IMG/VR virus record: IMGVR_UViG_3300045988_173503
Location: 1 to 35,338 of that record
Strand: one strand, 5' to 3'
From: a virus
DNA: 35,338 nucleotides
Both the position numbers and the translations under genes were made by a program. Position 1 is the stretch's first letter. Each line of letters begins with the position of its first letter. Under the pieces are notes generated by a model that was given only the letters and a program-made list of their open reading frames with translations, did not search any database and was not told the DNA's origin. Of this stretch, positions 30,897 through 35,338 are shown piece by piece.

Positions 30897-32971
30897 TTAA
30901 AATAATTCCTGACCGTGAAGGAGTCATCACACAATGGGATTTGAACCGGAAAGTCTTGATTTCCGGAATTGATAACGATGAGGCGGGGATAAAAGTGCAT
31001 TTTGCATCGCCCAATGACGATCACAATGCCTATGTTGTTTCGCCTGTAATAAACAACAATATTGTATCGGCGACAATACCCAATATTCTTCTGACGATAC
31101 CGGGGCGGATATATGTGTACGTTTATACATCATATACGCAGGATAAAGCAATCGTGGCTGTGGCGCCGCGCGAGAAGCCTGATGACTACGTGTACACGGA
31201 AACCGAAAAATTCGCGCTCGAGCAGTGGGAAAAAGAGGCTACCGAAAGACTTGAAGGCAGATATGATAAAGCGGTGCAGGAGATTGACGAGCGCTATGCC
31301 GGGCTAAGAGATGATGCAATAACAGCAGCATCAGCAGCGGCATCTGCGCAGACTAGTGCCGCTGCCGCCGACTTATCCGCAACCAGAGCTGAAGCCGCCG
31401 AAACAAACGCAAAAGAAAACGCCAAAGCCATATCTGAAGTAGGCGATCAAGTCACAGCCAATGCAAAAGCGGTGTCTGACGCGCTGATTACAGTGGAAAC
31501 TGCCAAATCTGACGCGCTTGCTGCGAAATCAGCCGCCGAAGCCGCAAATGAAAAAGCCGCATCATCGGCTAATGCCGCAAAGGAATCGCAAACCGCAGCT
31601 GAAACTGCCGAAAGTAACGCGGCTGAAGCTGCTAAAGCTGCGCAACAGGCAGAAACAAGTGCAACCGAAGCAAAGGATAATGCGATCACAGCAAAGGATG
31701 ATGCGGAGAACGCCAAGGACATCGCTGAAACCGCCAAAGATGATGCCATAGCAGCCAAAAACGCGGCTGAACAAGCTAAAACAGCCGCTGAAACCGCGGC
31801 TGAAAACGTGCCGATAATCGATGACACGCTTGCCGCGGGCAACCGCACGTGGAGTTCGCTAAACATCGTTGAAAAACTGTGCCCGCCACTTACAGGCAGC
31901 GGAAATCCGGTGGTGGTGAGTGACTGTATCAAGGGTTATCCGATGAAGATCACAGCATCGTGGGAACCCACACAAGCAGGTAGTGGCGACCCCAGCCCGG
32001 AGAATATCCGGGCGATAAGCGGACGAGAAAGTATAGCTTTTGATCGGTGCGGTGCAAACCTGCTGGATGTGCCGAAGACACTCCAGATAACTGGCGTGCT
32101 CACGATCTCCAAAAAGCTGCCACCGGGGCCATACAAACTATCTTGGGGAGAGGCAACAAAAGGAGGAAAAAAACCGATTGCTTTTGTCTGTAGTACGCGT
32201 AAAACCGCGCCAACGGCGATTAATTTCACCAGCGCAAATAGTGATGTATCTTTCACCTTGTCAGAATCGATTGAAACAATCTATATATACTCAAATGGCT
32301 ATGACTTTTCGGGTAGCGCGGGCATCACATCGGTGGTATGCGATCTTATGCTGTCCGCTGACAAGTCTGCCACCTACGCTCCCTACTCCGGCACGACACG
32401 CAATCTTACGCTGCCCGAGACCATCTACGGCGGCAGTGTAGACGCGGCGACCGGCGAGGGGATGATGACGTGGAGCCTGATCACGCTGGACGGAACGGAA
32501 GACGGCTGGTACAAATACGGAGGCGCAGATACTGACGCGAAGACGAGCTGTTTCACTATCGGCATATCCGACAAAGCGTACGGCTTTGGATCGTCCATTT
32601 GCAATTTATTTTGTAACACCAATGATGATTCCTCGTATACCAGCGATCGCATGAAGGCATATAATTACACCGATCACCCCAACTTGCCGAACGTATATAT
32701 GAATTTTGGTGTCGACAGAACCGTAACAGTTGACGACTGGAAATCCTACCTCGCCGCCCAGTATGCCGCCGGTAAGCCAGTGCAGGTCGCCTATAAGCTC
32801 GCCGATCCAGTGCCAATCACCGCAGCCGGAGGATCGCCGTTATATCAGCTTGATGGTATAAATACGGTTATTTCAGACGCAGATACATTGACCGTCAACG
32901 GCAGGGCTGATCCGATAAAAGTCATGGAGTCACAGCGCCAAGCAATAATTTCGTTAGGAGGTAATATTTGA
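30893..32971 (+). CDS. Long tail fibre protein (692 aa, XkdV-like position)
   Basis: ATG overlapping the upstream TGA. An N-terminal attachment domain, an Ala-rich coiled coil of about 180 aa (AKxxAExA repeats, roughly 31300..31800), and a C-terminal globular domain. Confidence 0.7.
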   Translation: MIKIIPDREGVITQWDLNRKVLISGIDNDEAGIKVHFASPNDDHNAYVVSPVINNNIVSATIPNILLTIPGRIYVYVYTSYTQDKAIVAVAPREKPDDYVYTETEKFALEQWEKEATERLEGRYDKAVQEIDERYAGLRDDAITAASAAASAQTSAAAADLSATRAEAAETNAKENAKAISEVGDQVTANAKAVSDALITVETAKSDALAAKSAAEAANEKAASSANAAKESQTAAETAESNAAEAAKAAQQAETSATEAKDNAITAKDDAENAKDIAETAKDDAIAAKNAAEQAKTAAETAAENVPIIDDTLAAGNRTWSSLNIVEKLCPPLTGSGNPVVVSDCIKGYPMKITASWEPTQAGSGDPSPENIRAISGRESIAFDRCGANLLDVPKTLQITGVLTISKKLPPGPYKLSWGEATKGGKKPIAFVCSTRKTAPTAINFTSANSDVSFTLSESIETIYIYSNGYDFSGSAGITSVVCDLMLSADKSATYAPYSGTTRNLTLPETIYGGSVDAATGEGMMTWSLITLDGTEDGWYKYGGADTDAKTSCFTIGISDKAYGFGSSICNLFCNTNDDSSYTSDRMKAYNYTDHPNLPNVYMNFGVDRTVTVDDWKSYLAAQYAAGKPVQVAYKLADPVPITAAGGSPLYQLDGINTVISDADTLTVNGRADPIKVMESQRQAIISLGGNI

Positions 32972-33177
32972 TGTTTGATCTCAAAGCATTCATAAAGAGG
33001 GGATTTCTCGACGCAGTCGGAAAGATGTCTGACTACAAGATCATCCTCGATGCAGCCGGATGGCTAGAAAAAGGCGTCCTTGAAGAATCTGATCTCGCTG
33101 AAATACAGGTAGCGATTGACGAATCGCATTCGGCAGAGCTGAAGGAAGATGAACTTGAAGACGAGGAGCACGATTGA
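32968..33177 (+). CDS. Small acidic protein, XkdX-like (tentative)
   Basis: 69 aa after the fibre gene (alternative ATG at 32971). Segment GWLEKGVLEESDLAEIQVAI resembles the XkdX pattern. Confidence 0.4.
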   Translation: MMFDLKAFIKRGFLDAVGKMSDYKIILDAAGWLEKGVLEESDLAEIQVAIDESHSAELKEDELEDEEHD

Positions 33178-33203
33178 CAATATTAAAAAGAGGAGATGAA
33201 AAA

Positions 33204-33971
33204 ATGAGTAACGGAATCGATGTATACACCGGACAGGGAATCATCGACTGGCGATGTGTCGCGCTGACTCGGGGCTTCGCGATGATAAAGGCAAGCCAGG
33301 GACGCGGCGAGACTTCAGCGACCGAACATCTGCGGATTTTCACCGACTCGAAGTTCGTCCGGAACATCACCGAAGCGTCGAAGACGAAAATGAAGCTCGG
33401 CGTCTGGCACTGGATGACCGCGCGGTCAGTTGCCGAGGCGAACTACGAAGCCGATTATTTCATCGAAACGATTTCACCGTACCGGGACAAGATTTCGCTC
33501 TGGGCGGCGGCTGACGTCGAAAGTGACCGCTATCTCGGCGACCTCGGAAAGTCTGACCTGACCGCCATCACGCGCGCGTTCCTCGACCGGATTCAGAGCG
33601 CGGGCTTTCGTCCGATGCTCTACACGAATCCGAACTTTCTGAAGTACCGGTTCACAAAGAACGCGTTCAATGATACCGACATCTGGCTCGCGCATTACGG
33701 CGTGTCGAAGCCGATGCAAGTCCCGAACCTGAAAATCTGGCAGCACTCCGCCGGGCGCGTGTATGGCATCAGCACCGACGTTGACCTCGACACAGGGTAC
33801 TTCGACGGCATGCCGTATTCGGTCGGCGAGAAGTACACGATACGCGCAGGCGATAAGTACAGCAACTGCAAAGCGATTCCGAAGCGGCTCGTCGGCAAGG
33901 TCTGCACGATCTCACAGGTCAAGCCGGACAGAATTCTCTTGCAGGAAATACTCAGCTGGGTAAAGATATGA
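33204..33971 (+). CDS. Endolysin: GH25 muramidase with a C-terminal SH3-like wall-binding domain
   Basis: ATG after AGAGGAGATGAAAAA. GH25 hallmarks GIDVYTGQGIIDW, FAMIKASQG, DSKF..N, LGVWHW, AADVE, LYTNPNF, IWLAHY, IWQHS...DVDLD. Confidence 0.85.
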   Translation: MSNGIDVYTGQGIIDWRCVALTRGFAMIKASQGRGETSATEHLRIFTDSKFVRNITEASKTKMKLGVWHWMTARSVAEANYEADYFIETISPYRDKISLWAAADVESDRYLGDLGKSDLTAITRAFLDRIQSAGFRPMLYTNPNFLKYRFTKNAFNDTDIWLAHYGVSKPMQVPNLKIWQHSAGRVYGISTDVDLDTGYFDGMPYSVGEKYTIRAGDKYSNCKAIPKRLVGKVCTISQVKPDRILLQEILSWVKI

Positions 33972-34312
33972 GATTTCTCAAACGTTTGATAATCGCCGTC
34001 CTAGTGTACATTGCCGTGTACTTACCCTTCGTCGCGATACTTCAAGCGGTCTGCGGCGGGGACTACACGGCGGCGTACAGCGTCGGCGGCATTGTGGGCG
34101 CGATTGAACTCGCGCTCAGCTCAATCATTAAAATAACCGAAAACCGGGAGGTAAAGAAAAATGGATATATCGAAAGTAATTCCGTGGGTGATTCTTGCGC
34201 TGGCTGTGATCGCGGCTGTAGCGATCTTTACGGTGACGCTGATTCAGGCGTCTCCGGCGAGGCGCCGGGAGATTCTGAACTCGGTGCTGATGTCACTCGC
34301 GGTCGAAGCTGA
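33968..34312 (+). CDS. Holin-like protein with two TM helices; 3' end uncertain
   Basis: ATGA overlap with the endolysin gene. The first ~65 aa look holin-like (two TM helices, then ENREVKKN). The frame stays open a further ~50 codons, overlapping the next gene by 152 nt with out-of-frame-looking sequence. Confidence 0.5.
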   Translation: MRFLKRLIIAVLVYIAVYLPFVAILQAVCGGDYTAAYSVGGIVGAIELALSSIIKITENREVKKNGYIESNSVGDSCAGCDRGCSDLYGDADSGVSGEAPGDSELGADVTRGRS

Positions 34313-34502
34313 AAGGCTCTACGGAGCGAAGACCGGACAGCTTAAGAAACAGCAGGTCATCGCTTGGCTGTACGCCAGATACAAGTGGCTGACGTGGCTC
34401 GTGTCTGAGGAGTCGTTGTCGCAGCTCATTGATGAGGTTGTGGCGAGAATGAACGAGTGGATGAAGAGCAATCCCGTTGGCGCGGAGAATGCGCTGAGGT
34501 AA
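34161..34502 (+). CDS. LL-H-family-like holin (113 aa)
   Basis: GGGAGG RBS. An N-terminal TM helix (VIPWVILALAVIAAVAIFTVTLI) followed by a helical domain with AVEAERLYGAKTGQLKKQQVIAWL, as I recall for LL-H-type holins. Confidence 0.55.
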   Translation: MDISKVIPWVILALAVIAAVAIFTVTLIQASPARRREILNSVLMSLAVEAERLYGAKTGQLKKQQVIAWLYARYKWLTWLVSEESLSQLIDEVVARMNEWMKSNPVGAENALR

Positions 34503-34509
34503 AAAAAAA

Positions 34510-34553
34510 AACGCGGTGTGGCAAGGAGACATTTTCGTTTGCCGCACCGCGTT
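34510..34553. terminator. 15-bp hairpin at the end of the late operon; the U-tract lies on the minus-strand side
   Basis: AACGCGGTGTGGCAA (34510..34524) pairs with TTGCCGCACCGCGTT (34539..34553), with one G-U. It is preceded by about 11 A (a U-run for a minus-strand transcript) and has no T-run after it on the plus strand. Confidence 0.6.
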
Positions 34554-34597
34554 CATGTATATTTACATTTATTTTCGGACAAATTTGCGGAAACCTC

Positions 34598-34626
34598 TTG
34601 ACAATAGGTTAAACCTATGATATAAT
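34598..34626 (+). promoter_or_regulatory. Perfect consensus sigma-A promoter
   Basis: TTGACA (34598..34603), a 17-nt spacer, then TGaTATAAT (-10 at 34621..34626). Confidence 0.8.
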
Positions 34627-34631
34627 ATATA

Positions 34632-34651
34632 TGTGATCAAGAGAGATCACA
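34632..34651 (+). promoter_or_regulatory. Inverted repeat just downstream of the -10 (candidate operator or 5' stem-loop)
   Basis: TGTGATC-aagaga-GATCACA, 7-bp arms, starting 6 nt after the -10 hexamer. Confidence 0.5.
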
Positions 34652-34682
34652 ATACCGGGGCAAGACGAGAGAGGAGGTCAGA

Positions 34683-34808
34683 ATGGAAGAAGGCATGACA
34701 GATTTTCAATTCAAAAAGCTTCTTGAGATGATACTTATGATTCTCGAAGGCAGCGAGACCAAGGAAGAAGCAATCGAAAAAATAAAAGCTCTGATCGACA
34801 ATAAGTAA
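34683..34808 (+). CDS. 41-aa hypothetical micro-protein
   Basis: Hand-translated (below the track cutoff): MEEGMTDFQFKKLLEMILMILEGSETKEEAIEKIKALIDNK. GAGAGGAGG RBS 6 nt upstream. Predicted helical, no signal peptide. Confidence 0.6.
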   Translation: MEEGMTDFQFKKLLEMILMILEGSETKEEAIEKIKALIDNK

Positions 34809-34889
34809 TCAGAGCTTCCAAACCAAAAACGACTTGGGCGGAACTTGCCGCCGCCCTCATCGTTTATATTATATCACGTTTTGCCCCGA

Positions 34890-35090
34890 ATGTCAAGAGA
34901 GGACGTGATTTTTATCGGCGAGAAAAAAACAACTCCGCAGGAGAAGTACGACAAGGAGAACACACGCTTCATCGGACTCAAACTCAACAAGAAGACCGAC
35001 AAGGATATTCTCGACGCACTTGAGGGACTGCCGATGCAGACTGAGATCAAGCGGCTTATTCGGATCGGCATTGAAAATAGCAAGAAGTAG
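34890..35090 (+). CDS. Small basic protein, possibly ribbon-helix-helix-like (66 aa from the ATG; start uncertain)
   Basis: In-frame start candidates: TTG 34845, ATG 34890, GTG 34905. Segment KYDKENTRFIGLKLNKKTDKDILDALEGLPMQTEIKRLIRIGI resembles small plasmid/phage RHH-type proteins I recall. No good RBS. Confidence 0.45.
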   Translation: MSREDVIFIGEKKTTPQEKYDKENTRFIGLKLNKKTDKDILDALEGLPMQTEIKRLIRIGIENSKK

Positions 35091-35094
35091 CGTA

Positions 35095-35124
35095 AAACGG
35101 CGGGGGGATTTCCTGCCGTTTTTC
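35095..35124 (+). terminator. Rho-independent terminator of the small cassette
   Basis: Stem AACGGCGGG/CCTGCCGTT (with a G-U pair), a 7-nt loop, and a trailing TTTTT. Confidence 0.7.
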
Positions 35125-35153
35125 TGTCACTCTATAACAGAAAAACGCTCGAC

Positions 35154-35186
35154 AAAAAAGCAAGCATCTACTGCTTGCTTTTTTGT
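35154..35186. terminator. Bidirectional terminator; on the minus strand it ends the tRNA operon
   Basis: A6-GCAAGCA-tctac-TGCTTGC-T6. Perfect 7-bp stem flanked by A and T runs, 78 nt downstream of the tRNA-Glu 3' end on the minus strand. Confidence 0.75.
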
Positions 35187-35263
35187 TATTCTCGATCAAT
35201 TGAAACTACCAGGGCGAACAACCTCTCATTGATTATGAAGAGGTGTTCGGCTGGAGTACCAAA

Positions 35264-35338
35264 TGGTGACCCGTACGGGAATCGAACCCATGTTACAGCC
35301 GTGAAAGGGCCGTGTCTTAACCGCTTGACCAACGGGCC
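35264..35338 (-). tRNA. tRNA-Glu (anticodon UUC), 75 nt with encoded CCA
   Basis: Reverse complement: GGCCCGT/TG/GTC-AAGCGGTTAA-GAC/A/CGGCC-CTTTCAC-GGCTG/TAAC/ATGGG-TTCGATT-CCCGT/ACGGGTC/A/CCA. Closely resembles Firmicutes tRNA-Glu as I remember it. Confidence 0.9.
35284..35338. repeat. Terminal direct repeat, copy 2
   Basis: Identical to 1..55. Confidence 0.95.

Larger units (their letters stand above)
1..35338. mobile_element. Complete tailed-phage genome (HK97-type head, PBSX/Xkd-like contractile tail), apparently circular or circularly permuted
   Basis: One unbroken plus-strand late operon 13486..34502 carries a full packaging/head/tail/lysis gene set. A replication module lies at 3504..13386 and accessory genes lie either side. 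The window ends are an identical 55-bp repeat. No host housekeeping genes were seen apart from two tRNAs, which form a self-contained unit. Confidence 0.8.

Noticed and set aside
31300-31800. Ala-rich repeats in the long fibre gene as a diversity-generating retroelement target
   Set aside because: The window has no reverse transcriptase and no template repeat. The pattern is a coiled-coil heptad/undecad repeat.

Overview
The window reads as one complete tailed-phage genome of about 35.3 kb, not a chromosomal island. The first 55 bp (1..55) are identical to the last 55 bp (35284..35338). Joining the ends rebuilds a single 75-nt tRNA-Glu(UUC) and a full minus-strand tRNA operon: consensus promoter 204..232, tRNA-Met(CAU) 83..159, tRNA-Glu, terminator 35154..35186. 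I therefore read the ends as a circular-assembly overlap or circular permutation (unique length 35,283 bp), not as attL/attR. GGAGG-type ribosome-binding sites, TTGACA/TATAAT promoters and Firmicutes-like tRNAs point to a Clostridia/Firmicutes host. Layout: (i) an accessory region (236..3503) with a small membrane-protein operon and four tandem copies of a promoter-leader cassette, each driving an unrelated small minus-strand ORF convergent with a small plus-strand ORF. (ii) An early/replication operon (3504..13386) with an XRE-type HTH, Myb/SANT-like HTH, SSB, a PcfK-like/PcfJ-like pair, an HUH rolling-circle Rep, a phased array of DnaA-box-like repeats at the rep 3' end, and a VRR-NUC nuclease. 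(iii) A late operon (13486..34502) with HNH, P27-type TerS, TerL, HK97-type portal/protease/capsid, connectors, an Xkd-like contractile tail (sheath, tube, chaperone with a -1 frameshift site, tape measure, hub fused to an M23 peptidase, baseplate), two fibre modules, a GH25 endolysin and two holin-like genes. (iv) A moron-like cassette (34598..35124) under a perfect sigma-A promoter. I recognised no integrase, recombinase, partition system or divergent CI-type repressor. All calls come from reading the sequence and motif memory; no database search was run. Family names for the smaller proteins are hypotheses.
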